Shown: positions 27,699 to 38,400 of the stretch, piece by piece
Numbering within the stretch: position 1 is the stretch's first letter
Layout: every line of letters begins with the position of its first letter
Assembly: GCA_040756235.1 (NCBI GenBank)
Contig: JBFLZG010000002.1
Span: forward strand, 1 to 64,000
Source of the DNA: a bacterium
Lineage (GTDB): Bacteria > Desulfobacterota > DSWW01
Direction of reading: 5' to 3'
DNA length: 64,000 nucleotides
The notes under the pieces: generated by a model
Database searches by the model: none
Seen by the model: the letters and a program-made list of their open reading frames with translations, nothing else
Told to the model about the DNA's origin: nothing
Position numbers and translations under genes: made by a program

Positions 27699-29216
27699 AT
27701 GCAGATGCCGGATCTCTTCTTTTACAACACGTTGAGCAGGAGCAAGGAGCGCTTCACCCCCGTCGGCGACGGAGTGGTGCGGATGTACGTCTGCGGCCCG
27801 ACCGTCTACGACGTCAGCCATGTCGGGCATGCCCGCAAGGAGGTGGTCTTCGACGTCATCGCCCGCTACCTGCGGTCCTGCGGGTGGCGGCTGCGCTACG
27901 TCCGCAACGTCACCGACGTGGATGACAAGATCATCCTGAGGGCGAGCCAGGAGGGCAGGGACTGGGAAGAGATCGCCAGAAGGTACGAGGCGGCTTTCCG
28001 GGAAGACATGGGGGCCCTGGGGATCCTCGAGCCCGACCAGGAGCCCCGGGCGACCGAGACGATCCCGGAGATGCTGGACCTGATTGAGGAGCTGATGGCC
28101 AAGGGATACGCCTACTGCGCCTCGGGCAGCGTCTACTTCTCGGTGGGCCGATGGGGCTCCTATGGGAAGCTCTCCCGGCGCCGGCCGGAAGAAATGCTCG
28201 CAGGCGCACGGGTCGAGCCCGACGCATCGAAGCGGGACCCGCTCGACTTCGCTCTCTGGAAGGCGTCCAAGCCGGGCGAGCCCTCCTGGCCGAGCCCGTG
28301 GGGACCGGGCAGGCCCGGCTGGCACATCGAATGCTCCGCGATGGGGCGCAAGTTCCTGGGCGAGACCCTGGACATCCACGGAGGAGGGATGGACCTCATC
28401 TTCCCTCACCACGAGAACGAGATCGCTCAGTCTGAGGCCGCCACCGGCAAGCCGTTCTGCCGCTACTGGATCCACAACGGGCTCCTCACCGTCAATCGAG
28501 AGAAGATGTCCAAGTCCCTGGGCAACTTCGTCACGGTGCGGGACGCCCTGAAGAGGTTCCACCCCGAGGTGCTCAGGATGTTCTTTCTCTCCCATCAGTA
28601 TCGCTCCCCGGTGGACTTCTCGGACGAAGCGGTGGGCGGCACCAGGAGGAACCTCGACTATTTCTACAATACGTTGTTGCGAATCGAAGAGATCTGCGGC
28701 AGGCCTGTTCCCGCCGCGGTAGGCGCTGCGGAGGCGGGACAGGCCGCGGGCAAGGTGCCGGAGGGGATGGATGCGGAGATGGCGGACCCGCTGACGAACA
28801 TGCTGGGGCGCTTCCGAACGGCCCTGAGCGACGACTTCAACACCGCCGAGGCCCTGGGTGAGCTGTTCCGGGCGGCGACCTTCCTCAACCGCTGGATCGA
28901 CGGGAGCGGTCGGGCCGGAACCCCGGAGGGCAGGGCCCTGCTGCACTTCTTCAGGCGGCAGCTCGGCGAAACCGGCCGGGTCCTGGGGCTGTTTCAGGAG
29001 GAGCCCGTGCGCTGGTTCCGGCAGGCCGGCGCGCCCGCCGGCGTGGCGGTCCGTACGCTTTCCGACGAGCGCGTCGAGGAACGGATCCAGGCCCGGGAAG
29101 CGGCGCGCAGGTCCAGAGACTGGAAGGCCGCGGACCTCATCCGCAAGGAGCTCGCCGTGCTGGGCATCCTGCTGGAAGACACGCCGCAGGGGACGCGTTG
29201 GAAGCGGAGGAGCTGA
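27699..29216 (+). CDS. cysS: cysteine--tRNA ligase
   Basis: [54 protein letters not shown]. Confidence 0.97.
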   Translation: MQMPDLFFYNTLSRSKERFTPVGDGVVRMYVCGPTVYDVSHVGHARKEVVFDVIARYLRSCGWRLRYVRNVTDVDDKIILRASQEGRDWEEIARRYEAAFREDMGALGILEPDQEPRATETIPEMLDLIEELMAKGYAYCASGSVYFSVGRWGSYGKLSRRRPEEMLAGARVEPDASKRDPLDFALWKASKPGEPSWPSPWGPGRPGWHIECSAMGRKFLGETLDIHGGGMDLIFPHHENEIAQSEAATGKPFCRYWIHNGLLTVNREKMSKSLGNFVTVRDALKRFHPEVLRMFFLSHQYRSPVDFSDEAVGGTRRNLDYFYNTLLRIEEICGRPVPAAVGAAEAGQAAGKVPEGMDAEMADPLTNMLGRFRTALSDDFNTAEALGELFRAATFLNRWIDGSGRAGTPEGRALLHFFRRQLGETGRVLGLFQEEPVRWFRQAGAPAGVAVRTLSDERVEERIQAREAARRSRDWKAADLIRKELAVLGILLEDTPQGTRWKRRS

Positions 29217-29224
29217 ACGGTCCC

Positions 29225-31219
29225 GTGGAACGGTTCGAGCTTGTTTCCGAATACGAGCCCAAAGGGGACCAGCCCGAGGCGATCGCCGAGCTGGCAGAGG
29301 GCGTGCTGGGGGAGAGGAAACATCAGGTCCTGCTGGGCGTGACCGGCTCCGGGAAGACCTTCACCATGGCCAACGTGATCGCCCGGGTGAACCGGCCCGC
29401 GCTCGTGATCGCGCCCAACAAGACGCTCGCCGCCCAGCTCTTCACCGAGTTTCGCGCCCTCTTCCCCCGGAATGCGGTCGAGTACTTCGTGAGCTACTAC
29501 GACTACTACCAGCCTGAGGCCTACGTCCCGAGCACGGACACCTATATCGAGAAAGACGCCTCGATCAACGAAGAGATCGACCGCATGCGCCACGCCGCGA
29601 CCCGTTCTCTGCTGGAGCGCAGGGATGTCATCATCGTGGCCAGCGTCTCCTGCATTTACGGGATCGGGTCGCCGGAGAACTACAACCGGATGCTGCTCCG
29701 CGTGGAGGCCGGTCAGACGCTGCGCCGGGAGGACCTCCTGAGCCGCCTGGTGGAGATGCAGTACGCCCGGAGCGACCGCGATTTCTTCCGCGGCACCTTT
29801 CGCGTGCGCGGGGACGTGATCGACGTGCTGCCTTCCTACGAGTCCGATCTGGCGGTCCGGATCGAGCTGTTCGGCGACCAGGTGGAGGCGCTCTCCGAGG
29901 TGGACCCGCTGCGCGGCAAGGTGAAGCGCAAGATGAACCGGCTGGTCCTGTTTCCGGCCAGTCACTACGTGACCGAGCGCTACCGTCTCGAGGAGGCGAT
30001 CCGGGGGATCGGGGAAGAGCTCGGCGAGTGGCTCCCGGAGCTGAAGAGCCAGGGCAAGATCCTGGAAATGAAGCGGCTCGACCAGAGGACCCGATACGAC
30101 CTGGAGATGCTCCGCGAGATGGGCTACTGCACCGGCATCGAGAACTACTCGAGGCACCTCGACGGCCGGGCTCCCGGGCAGCCCCCGTACACGCTCATCG
30201 ACTATTTCGCCAAGGATTACCTGCTGTTCATCGACGAGAGCCACCTGACGGTCCCGCAACTCAACGGCATGTATCACGGCGACCGCTCACGCAAGGAGAC
30301 CCTGGTGGAGTACGGGTTCCGGCTCCCGTCGGCCCTGGACAACCGCCCCCTGAGCTTCGGGGAGTTCGAAGACCGGGTGCATCAGGTCATCTATGTCTCC
30401 GCCACCCCGGGCGATTACGAGCTCGCCCGGAGCGGCGGGATCTTCGTCGAGCAGGTGATCCGGCCGACCGGTCTCGTCGACCCGGCGGTGGAGGTCCAAC
30501 CTGCGGACCGCCAGGTCGATCATCTGCTGGGGGAGATCCGCAAGACCGTTGCCCGGGGCGAACGCGTGCTCGTGACGACCCTGACCAAGCGCATGGCCGA
30601 GGAGCTGACCGACTACTACCAGGAGATGGGCCTCCGCGTCCGCTATCTCCACTCCGACGTGAAAACGTTGGAGCGGATGGAGATCCTGAGGGACTTGAGG
30701 CTCGGGAAGTTCGACGTCCTGATCGGCATCAACCTGCTGCGCGAAGGGTTGGACCTGCCCGAGGTCTCGCTGGTGGCGATTCTGGACGCGGACAAGGAGG
30801 GTTTCCTGCGCTCCGCGCGCTCGCTCATCCAGACCTTCGGCCGCGCCGCACGCAACGTGAAGGGCAGGGTGATCCTCTATGCGGATCAGAACACCGGCTC
30901 CATGGACCGGTCGATCGAGGAGACCGAACGTCGGCGGGAGAAACAGGTCGCCTACAACCGAGAATACGGGATCACCCCCGAGACGATCACCAAATCGATC
31001 CGTGAAATCCGGGAATCGATTTACGAGGCCGACTACGTGCCGCCGCCTTCAATGGCGGAATCGGTCTCCCGTTACGGATCTCCCGAAGAGATCCAGAAGC
31101 GGATCCGGCTCCTGACCCAGGAGATGCGGGAGGCGGCCGCCCGTCTCGAGTTCGAGAAGGCGGCCGAGATTCGGGACCGCTTGAAGGAGCTCCGCACGGC
31201 CGAGCTGGAGCTGCACTGA
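29225..31219 (+). CDS. uvrB: excinuclease ABC subunit B
   Basis: [42 protein letters not shown]-terminal UVR coiled coil; start may be 29198. Confidence 0.97.
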   Translation: MERFELVSEYEPKGDQPEAIAELAEGVLGERKHQVLLGVTGSGKTFTMANVIARVNRPALVIAPNKTLAAQLFTEFRALFPRNAVEYFVSYYDYYQPEAYVPSTDTYIEKDASINEEIDRMRHAATRSLLERRDVIIVASVSCIYGIGSPENYNRMLLRVEAGQTLRREDLLSRLVEMQYARSDRDFFRGTFRVRGDVIDVLPSYESDLAVRIELFGDQVEALSEVDPLRGKVKRKMNRLVLFPASHYVTERYRLEEAIRGIGEELGEWLPELKSQGKILEMKRLDQRTRYDLEMLREMGYCTGIENYSRHLDGRAPGQPPYTLIDYFAKDYLLFIDESHLTVPQLNGMYHGDRSRKETLVEYGFRLPSALDNRPLSFGEFEDRVHQVIYVSATPGDYELARSGGIFVEQVIRPTGLVDPAVEVQPADRQVDHLLGEIRKTVARGERVLVTTLTKRMAEELTDYYQEMGLRVRYLHSDVKTLERMEILRDLRLGKFDVLIGINLLREGLDLPEVSLVAILDADKEGFLRSARSLIQTFGRAARNVKGRVILYADQNTGSMDRSIEETERRREKQVAYNREYGITPETITKSIREIRESIYEADYVPPPSMAESVSRYGSPEEIQKRIRLLTQEMREAAARLEFEKAAEIRDRLKELRTAELELH

Positions 31220-31231
31220 GAAGACTCGCTC

Positions 31232-33139
31232 ATGGATCCCGTTGAAGAGAAGATCCGCCGCGTGCCCGGGCAGCCCGGCGTCTACGTCATGAAGTCCGCA
31301 CAGGGCGCCGTGCTCTACGTGGGCAAGGCCAAGAACCTGAGGGCCAGGCTGCGCTCGTACGTGGGAGGCGGCGCGCGGGACCTGCCCAAGGTCCGCTTCC
31401 TGATGCCCAAGGTCAAGGACCTGGAATGCATCGTGACCGGGACCGAAAAGGAAGCGCTCCTGCTCGAGAACACCCTGATCAAGCAGCACCGGCCCCGGTA
31501 CAACATCAATCTCAAGGACGACAAGACCTATCTCCACATCCTGCTGGACAGGTCACGACCCTTCCCTCGGTTCGAGGCGGTGCGGCGGCCCGAGCCCGGC
31601 CCCGAGCGCGACATCTTCGGTCCTTACGCATCCGCCGCTGCAGTGCGCCAGACCCTGCGGCAACTCTACAGGCTCTATCCGCTGCGGACCTGCAAGGACG
31701 GGGAGCTCGGCCGGCGTCGGCGACCGTGTCTGTGGTACCAGATGGGCCGCTGTGCGGGGGTCTGCGTGGGGAAGATCAGCCGCGAGAAGTACATGGAGAT
31801 GGTAGATCAGGCCGTCCTGGTCCTGCAGGGTAAGAACGAGGAGCTCATCCGGCTGCTCCAGCAGAAGATGCAGGAAGCGGCCGAAGCCCTGCGCTACGAG
31901 GAGGCTGCGGCCCTGCGCGACCGCATCCAGGCGGTCCGGGCCACGCTCGAGCAGCAACGCGTGGTCGACGCCGATCCTGCGGACCGGGACGTGATCGGCG
32001 CCTTCGAGAAAGACCGGGTCGCCGAAATTGCGGTGCTCAAGATACGCAACGGCAGCCTGGTCGAACGGAAGGGCTTCTTCTTCGCCGACATCGTGACGCC
32101 GCTCGATGAGCTCCTGAGCTCCTTTCTCGTACAGTACTACTGGCGACCCGGCGAGGGCCCGCCGGAGGAAATCCTCCTCCCCGTGGAGCTGGAGGACCAG
32201 GCGGCGATCGAGGAGGCGCTGAGGGATCTCCGAGGTGCGGCCTGCCGTTTGCTCACCCCCAGGCGCGGGGACAAGGCGGAGCTGGTGAAGCTCGCGGCGG
32301 ACAATGCCACGGCGCTCTGGGAGGAGCAGACGCGCGAGGACACGAACCGCTACGTCGCAATCGACGAGGTGCGGCGCAAGCTCGCACTGGAGAGGCCGCC
32401 CAGGCGCATCGAGTGCTTCGACATCTCGAACCTGCACGGAGAAATGGCCGTCGGATCCCGCGTCGCCTTCCGCGACGGTTCGCCGTACCGGGACGGGTAC
32501 CGCCGCTACAAGATCCGGGTGCCGCGAGGTGCGGATGACTACGGCATGATGTACGAGGTGCTGCTGCGCCGCTTCCAGCGAGGCAAGGAGGAGGGAGATT
32601 TCCCGGATCTGCTGCTCGTGGACGGGGGCAAGGGACACCTGCAGGTGGCGGTCCGGGTCCTCAGGGATCTCGGGATCGAGGATGTCCCGGCGGCCTCCAT
32701 CGCCAAGGTCCGCGGGCGGCGGCGCGGCGTGCTCGATCTGCCCCCGTCCGACGGCGGCGGCGGCGCCGACCGCATTTTCGTGCCCGGGAAGGTCAACCCT
32801 CTGCGATTCCCTGCCCGCTCCAAGGGGTTCCACCTGCTCCAGCGCATCCGGGACGAGGCGCATCGATTCGCCGTGAGCTACCACCGCAAACTCCGTTCCC
32901 GGGCGCTGCAGGAGTCCGAGCTGGACGCCATTCCCGGAGTCGGCAGGGCGAGAAAGAGGGCGCTGCTCGAATCCCTGGGGGACACGGGGAGGATCCGAGG
33001 GGCCTCGGTCGAAGAGCTGCGCCGGGTGCCCGGGATGACCGCCAGGGCCGCCGAGGCGGTGTTCGGATACTTCCACCCTGCGGCGCCTGCGGGCGAGGTG
33101 AAGGCTGCAGACCCTTCCGAAAACAACCCTGCTTCTTGA
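31232..33139 (+). CDS. uvrC: excinuclease ABC subunit C
   Basis: PGVY, YVGKAKNLR, RIECFDIS, DGGKGH, RDEAHRFA, HhH motifs. Confidence 0.96.
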   Translation: MDPVEEKIRRVPGQPGVYVMKSAQGAVLYVGKAKNLRARLRSYVGGGARDLPKVRFLMPKVKDLECIVTGTEKEALLLENTLIKQHRPRYNINLKDDKTYLHILLDRSRPFPRFEAVRRPEPGPERDIFGPYASAAAVRQTLRQLYRLYPLRTCKDGELGRRRRPCLWYQMGRCAGVCVGKISREKYMEMVDQAVLVLQGKNEELIRLLQQKMQEAAEALRYEEAAALRDRIQAVRATLEQQRVVDADPADRDVIGAFEKDRVAEIAVLKIRNGSLVERKGFFFADIVTPLDELLSSFLVQYYWRPGEGPPEEILLPVELEDQAAIEEALRDLRGAACRLLTPRRGDKAELVKLAADNATALWEEQTREDTNRYVAIDEVRRKLALERPPRRIECFDISNLHGEMAVGSRVAFRDGSPYRDGYRRYKIRVPRGADDYGMMYEVLLRRFQRGKEEGDFPDLLLVDGGKGHLQVAVRVLRDLGIEDVPAASIAKVRGRRRGVLDLPPSDGGGGADRIFVPGKVNPLRFPARSKGFHLLQRIRDEAHRFAVSYHRKLRSRALQESELDAIPGVGRARKRALLESLGDTGRIRGASVEELRRVPGMTARAAEAVFGYFHPAAPAGEVKAADPSENNPAS

Positions 33140-33159
33140 GCAGTGTCAGGTATCTGCAT

Positions 33160-33430
33160 GGAGCACGATGGGTGCCCCGCCTCGATCGTCTCGGGCTCAG
33201 AACGCTCCGGCTCTTCTCCTTCCAAGGGTCGGGGACCACGGCCCATCGGGCAGCACCGCCCTTTCGTCCCTCGTCCCGGGCCGGGTGTATCGGGGCACAC
33301 CAGCCTGGCCCGAAGATCGGGCCAGAGGGCGAGATAACGAGAAACAGCGCTGCGTTCCCCGGCCTTCGGGACTCGGGACGGCCTCCGCGACTCGCCCTCG
33401 CCTCCTCAGCGGAACACCCACCGCACTCCT
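33160..33430 (+). repeat. ~260-bp interspersed repeat family 2, copy 1
   Basis: Shares long blocks (CGTCTCGGGCTCAGAACGCTCCGG; GGACTCGGGACGGCCTCCGCGACTCGCCCTCGCCTCCTC) with the reverse complement of 46597-46846; imperfect terminal inverted repeats. Confidence 0.85.
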
Positions 33431-33611
33431 GACGGCTTATCGGTAGGGTGGACAAAGCCCCAGGCGTGTCCACCAACCAGGGATGAGGACTGCGAGCGTC
33501 CTCGCCTCTGCCAAACCAGGGGCACACTCCCACCGGCCTGACACCTGAAACCTCCCCTATCCCGATCGGGAACCTCGAACAGCCGGACTGTTTCCGCTCG
33601 TCCACAGACCT

Positions 33612-36353
33612 GTGGTGCCGCGAGCAGAAGCCGCGACGCTCTTCCTCTGTCTTGTCCGCAGAGAACTACAGAATTCACAGCATGATCCGTGGGGGCAGGT
33701 GCCCGCGGCCCTGTGCTTGCAGGCGCCTCCCAGAAAGACGAAACCCCAATCGCAGGTCCATGCGGTGAGCGCCCTCGCTCACAAGCTCGGTCGCGTAATC
33801 TCCGGCTGGTTCCGGGGACCGGGATTCCCCGGCGCCGGCCACCCATTCCCGATCGGCGTCCCCTTGGTGAGTTATGTCGGCGGGGCTCTGTTCGGCTGGT
33901 TCTTCCCGCAGGCGCGGGAGGCGCTCTGGGTCTGTCTGGCCGTCTTCGGGCTTCTCGCTCTGGCTGCGGTCGTCGCCCTCGGGCGTCCGCTCCCGCGAGC
34001 CGCGCTCCTCGTTTGCGCGGTGTTCGCCCTCTCGGCCTTTCGCACCAGCGTCCGTATCGATCCCGTGTTCCCTGCCGATCACCTGACCCGCCTGGCTTCG
34101 GGCAAGCCGGTCCTCCTCGAGGGCGTCCTGTGGGACGAGCCGGTGCTCGGAGCGGATTCGACGCAACTCCCCTTTCGAGCCACGTTCCTGCGTCGCGAGG
34201 GCGGCGTCGGCAGCGTGCAGGGGAAGGCGGACCTCTACGTGCCCGGCGTCCTGCCGGAGCTCCGGATCGGGGACGTCCTCATCGTCGAAGCCCGCCTGCA
34301 GCGCATTCGGAACCTCGGAAACCCGGGGGAATTCGACAAGGTGAAACGATCTCATCTCAGGGGCGTTTACGTGAGAGGGTCGGTGAAGGAGCCTGCAAGG
34401 GTCCTCACGGTGGGCCGGGCAGGCGGCTACGGGACCCTGGGCGCGATTCAGGATGTCCGCCTCCGGTTGCGTGCTTTCTTCAAGACGGTGCCCGACCCCG
34501 AGAGCAGGGCTCTGCTCCTGGCCTTGATCGTGGGCGACCGGACGGAGCTGACGGAGGGCCTGCAGGACTCTTTCCGGGAGTCGGGGCTCGCCCATCTCAT
34601 CTCGATCTCGGGGCTCCACGTCAGCCTGGTGGGGCTGTTCGTATACGGTATCGTGAAGACAGCGCTCAAGCGCTCGCAACGGATCCTGCTCAGAGGCTGG
34701 CTGCGGAAGCTGTCCGCGGCCCTGAGCCTTCCGCCCGTTCTCTCCTACGTCCTGATCGCAGGCAGCCCGATCACGGCGCTCCGGGCCGGCCTCATGGCTC
34801 TCTGTTTCACGGGCGCCCTGGTGCTCGACCGGCCCGCAGCGGCCTGGAACACCCTCGGCGCGGCTGCCCTGTTTCTCCTGGTCAGCGATCCCGCCGCTCT
34901 GTTCTCGATCTCCTTTCTCCTCTCCTTTGTCGCAGTGGCGGCGATCCTGGCCGTGACGCCCTTCATGCCGAGATCGGGCATTATGGAGGGGGCCGCCGGC
35001 TCGGGCGTCCCGGGCAGGCTGATCCGTCTCTTTCAGAGCTTTCTGCATTCCTCCCTGCTCGTCAGCCTGGCCGCGGGCCTGGCGACCTTCCCCTTGTGCG
35101 CCCGCTTCTTCCATCAGGTGTCGCTCATCGGCGTGCTGGCGAACCTTCCGGTGGTGCCATTCGTGGGCTGGCTGGTCATGCCCCTGGGGCTTCTGGCCGC
35201 GCTCTGCTCGATCGTCTGCCCTCCACTTGCACCTGCGGTCCTCGAATGGGCGGCCGGGGCCACGGGCGTTTCGATCCGGATGGTGGAATTCTTTGCGGCC
35301 GTTCCCTGTTCGGCCGTTCGCGTGGGAGCGCCCACCGTCTTGGAGATGCTGCTCCTCTACGGCTCTTTCTGGTTTGCCCTGGATGCGCGGCGATCGGGCT
35401 GGAGAAGGCGATGCGCCGCCATCTGCCTGGTCGGGGTCGCGGTGTCGGCGGGCTCTACGGTCCTGTCCCGCAGAACCAGCCGGGACCTGGAGGTGACCTT
35501 TCTTGCGGTCGGACAGGGTGACGGCACCCTGGTCGTGCTCCCCGGCGGGAAGAAGCTCCTGGTCGACGGCGGCATGGCGGCCGAGGGCTTCAGCGACGCG
35601 GGCCGCCGGGTGGTCGGCCCGTTCCTGGGCGCCAGCCGTATCTCGAAGCTGGACTGGATCGCAGCGTCCCACGGACACCCCGATCACTACGGCGGCCTGC
35701 GCTTTGTTGCCGAGGCCCTGCGGCCGCGCGAGATCTGGATCGGCCCGCCGACCGCCGGGGATCCCTTGGACTATCAGGAGTTTCTGATCTCCTGTGATCG
35801 GCTCGGCGTGCGGCGGCGCGTCCTCTGCGACGAGCTCGAGCCCTTCTCCCTGAACGGCGTCACCGTGGAGGTCCTCAACCCCTCCTGCCCGGGGGGCGGC
35901 GAAGACGAAGGAGCACGCGCGGCGACGGGCGATCCCAACAACCTGTCCCTCGTCCTGCGGCTGACCTACGGTGCGGTGAGTTTCCTGTTGACGGGCGACA
36001 TCGAAAGAACGGTCGAGGACCGGCTCCTGCGGAATCCGGACGGCTTGAGGGCGCTCGTGATCAAAGTGCCGCACCACGGCAGCCGCGGTTCGAGCGGGGC
36101 GGCGTTTCTGGAGGCGGTCTCGCCCGGGGTCGCCGTGGTCTCGGCAGGGTTCGGGAACCGCTTCGGATTCCCTTCCGGTGAGGTGGTGCGAAGATACGCC
36201 GAGCAGGGGGCCCTGATGTACCGGACCGATCTTGAGGGCGCCGTCCGCATGCGCACGGACGGGAAGACGCTCGAGGTACAACCCTACCGCGGTGCCAAAC
36301 GTTGCTTTTCGGTGCCGCAAGTCCAAGGAGAGGTATCAGGTGTCAGGCATTAG
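33612..36353 (+). CDS. comEC: DNA internalization competence protein ComEC/Rec2
   Basis: NPGEFD, GLAHLISISGLHV, SFLLSF, VGQGD, SHGHPDHYGG, LTGDIE, KVPHHGS, N(R)FGFPS, YRTD; true start uncertain (e.g. GTG 33765). Confidence 0.92.
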   Translation: MVPRAEAATLFLCLVRRELQNSQHDPWGQVPAALCLQAPPRKTKPQSQVHAVSALAHKLGRVISGWFRGPGFPGAGHPFPIGVPLVSYVGGALFGWFFPQAREALWVCLAVFGLLALAAVVALGRPLPRAALLVCAVFALSAFRTSVRIDPVFPADHLTRLASGKPVLLEGVLWDEPVLGADSTQLPFRATFLRREGGVGSVQGKADLYVPGVLPELRIGDVLIVEARLQRIRNLGNPGEFDKVKRSHLRGVYVRGSVKEPARVLTVGRAGGYGTLGAIQDVRLRLRAFFKTVPDPESRALLLALIVGDRTELTEGLQDSFRESGLAHLISISGLHVSLVGLFVYGIVKTALKRSQRILLRGWLRKLSAALSLPPVLSYVLIAGSPITALRAGLMALCFTGALVLDRPAAAWNTLGAAALFLLVSDPAALFSISFLLSFVAVAAILAVTPFMPRSGIMEGAAGSGVPGRLIRLFQSFLHSSLLVSLAAGLATFPLCARFFHQVSLIGVLANLPVVPFVGWLVMPLGLLAALCSIVCPPLAPAVLEWAAGATGVSIRMVEFFAAVPCSAVRVGAPTVLEMLLLYGSFWFALDARRSGWRRRCAAICLVGVAVSAGSTVLSRRTSRDLEVTFLAVGQGDGTLVVLPGGKKLLVDGGMAAEGFSDAGRRVVGPFLGASRISKLDWIAASHGHPDHYGGLRFVAEALRPREIWIGPPTAGDPLDYQEFLISCDRLGVRRRVLCDELEPFSLNGVTVEVLNPSCPGGGEDEGARAATGDPNNLSLVLRLTYGAVSFLLTGDIERTVEDRLLRNPDGLRALVIKVPHHGSRGSSGAAFLEAVSPGVAVVSAGFGNRFGFPSGEVVRRYAEQGALMYRTDLEGAVRMRTDGKTLEVQPYRGAKRCFSVPQVQGEVSGVRH

Positions 36354-36441
36354 GTTTCGGCCCGCCCCCCCCAGCCCGCCCGAAAAAGCGCGAGGTCGGG
36401 CCGAGGGGGGCCAGACACCTGAAACCCGACACCTGAAACCT
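36331..36441. repeat. inverted heptamer tandem array
   Basis: AGGTATC-AGGTGTC-AGGCATT-AGGTTTC ... GACACCT-GAAACCC-GACACCT-GAAACCT; the same unit also occurs at about 33142-33154 and 33537-33553. Confidence 0.7.
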
Positions 36442-36474
36442 CTCCGCTGCAATGCCGCGCACGCGGTCGGCTCC

Positions 36475-36504
36475 TTGATTCTCTTCCTCGCCGTAAGCTA
36501 TCAT
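36475..36504 (+). promoter_or_regulatory. putative sigma70 promoter of aspS
   Basis: TTGATT-18 bp-TATCAT. Confidence 0.45.
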
Positions 36505-36555
36505 GCACGCGTTTTTTCCGTGAAAAAATGAGGGAAATCTTTCACATCGTCGCGG

Positions 36556-38367
36556 ATGGGAGCCATGCCGGAGCTGGACGAGTTTCATGATTTTGCGAGG
36601 ACTGACTACTGCGGAGAGGTGTCGCTCGACTCGCTCGGCCGGGAGGTGGTGCTGCTGGGGTGGGTCCACCGCCGCAGGGACCACGGGGGCGTCATCTTCG
36701 TGGACCTCCGGGACCGGGAGGGCCTGGTCCAGGTCGTCTTCAATCCCCAGGTGAGCCCCGCGGCCCACCAGAAGGCGGACACCCTCAGGTCCGAATTCGT
36801 CCTGGGAGTCAAAGGCACGGTGCGGCAGCGGCCCGAGGGCATGCAGAACCCCAAGCTCAAGACCGGCATGGTGGAGGTCATGGTCAGCGAGCTGGCCATC
36901 TTCAACCGCTCCCAGGTCCTCCCCTTCAGCCTGGAAGAGGACACGGAGGTGGATGAAGCGATCCGTCTCCGCTACCGGTATCTGGACCTCCGAAGGGCCC
37001 CGATGCAGCGGAACTTTCTCATGCGCCACCGGGCGGCCCAGATCACCCGGGAATACTTCGGGGAGCTCCGTTTCCTCGAGATCGAGACGCCCGTCCTGAC
37101 CCGGAGCACCCCCGAGGGGGCGCGCGACTACCTGGTCCCGAGCCGGGTGAACCCCGGGATGTTCTACGCGCTGCCCCAGTCGCCACAGCTTTTCAAGCAG
37201 CTGCTCATGGTCGCAGGTGTGGATCGCTACTTTCAGATCGCCCGGTGCTTTCGGGACGAAGATCTGCGGGCCGACCGGCAGCCCGAGTTCACCCAGGTCG
37301 ACATCGAGATGTCGTTCATCGAGCAGAAGACGATTATCGAAATCATGGAAGGCTGGATTTGCAGGCTGTTCCGAGAGCTGATGGGGATCGAGCTGAAGAC
37401 CCCTTTCCCTCGCATCTCCTACCAGGAATCGATGGAGATTTACGGGGTGGACAATCCCGACGTCCGCTACGACCTCCGTATGCTGGATCTGTCGGACCTG
37501 GCCGGCCGATCCGGTTTCCAGATCTTCCAGTCCGTCGTCGAGCGCGGGGGCGTGGTCAAGGCAATCCGGCTGCCGGAAGGGGCGCGGTTGACCCGCCGCG
37601 AGCTGGACGGTCTGGATGCGCTTACCAAAGAGTGGGGGGCGGACGGCCTGCTCTGGGCCAAGTGCACGGAAAACGGTTTGCAGTCCCCCATAGCCAAGTA
37701 CCTGTCCCAGGAGCTCGCGCAGAAGATCCTGGAGAGGACGGCGGCGGCGCCGGGGGATCTGCTCCTGCTCATGGCCGGCCCCAGGGACAAGGTGAACCCG
37801 TTGCTCGGCCGGCTGCGGATCGAGCTCTCCAGGGACCACGTCCGCATCGATCCTGCGGAATATGCCTTCCTGTGGGTCTTCGACTTTCCCCTGTTCGAGC
37901 GGGACAAGGACGGGCGGATCACCTCGAAGCACCACCCGTTCACGGCGCCCAAACCCGAGGACCTGGAACGGCTGGAGGCGGATCCTGAATCCTGCCGCTC
38001 CCAGGCTTACGACCTGGTGTTCAACGGCACCGAGGTCGGCGGCGGCAGCATCCGCATCCACCAGCGCGAGATCCAGCAGAAGGTGTTCTCCGTTCTCGGC
38101 CTGTCCGAGGCCGAGGCGAACGAGAAGTTCGAGTTCCTGCTGGAGGCGCTGTCTTACGGGGCCCCCCCGCACGGGGGCATCGCTTTCGGTCTGGACCGGC
38201 TCACGATGCTCCTGGCCGGCGCGCGCTCGCTGCGGGAGGTCATCGCCTTTCCCAAGACGCAGAAAGCCACGTGCCTCCTGACGAGGAGCCCGGCCTTCGT
38301 CGATCCCGAGCAACTGCGTGAGCTCCACATCCGGACGGTGCTTCCGAAGCCGTCGGCAAAAGGCTGA
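36556..38367 (+). CDS. aspS: aspartate--tRNA ligase
   Basis: GWVHRRRDHGG, RLRYRYLDLR, PEGARDY, LPQSPQLFKQ, FRDEDLRADRQPEFTQ, PPHGGIAFGLDR; the His in RRRDHGG suggests the non-discriminating type. Confidence 0.97.
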   Translation: MGAMPELDEFHDFARTDYCGEVSLDSLGREVVLLGWVHRRRDHGGVIFVDLRDREGLVQVVFNPQVSPAAHQKADTLRSEFVLGVKGTVRQRPEGMQNPKLKTGMVEVMVSELAIFNRSQVLPFSLEEDTEVDEAIRLRYRYLDLRRAPMQRNFLMRHRAAQITREYFGELRFLEIETPVLTRSTPEGARDYLVPSRVNPGMFYALPQSPQLFKQLLMVAGVDRYFQIARCFRDEDLRADRQPEFTQVDIEMSFIEQKTIIEIMEGWICRLFRELMGIELKTPFPRISYQESMEIYGVDNPDVRYDLRMLDLSDLAGRSGFQIFQSVVERGGVVKAIRLPEGARLTRRELDGLDALTKEWGADGLLWAKCTENGLQSPIAKYLSQELAQKILERTAAAPGDLLLLMAGPRDKVNPLLGRLRIELSRDHVRIDPAEYAFLWVFDFPLFERDKDGRITSKHHPFTAPKPEDLERLEADPESCRSQAYDLVFNGTEVGGGSIRIHQREIQQKVFSVLGLSEAEANEKFEFLLEALSYGAPPHGGIAFGLDRLTMLLAGARSLREVIAFPKTQKATCLLTRSPAFVDPEQLRELHIRTVLPKPSAKG

Positions 38368-38400
38368 GGTCCCTTCCTTGAGACGTGAAGGCAGACTGAG

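Noticed and set aside
33140..33560. Possible CRISPR array or tRNA/riboswitch in repeat-rich intergenic regions
   Set aside because: No regularly spaced identical repeats with unique spacers, no cas genes, and no recognisable cloverleaf or riboswitch consensus.
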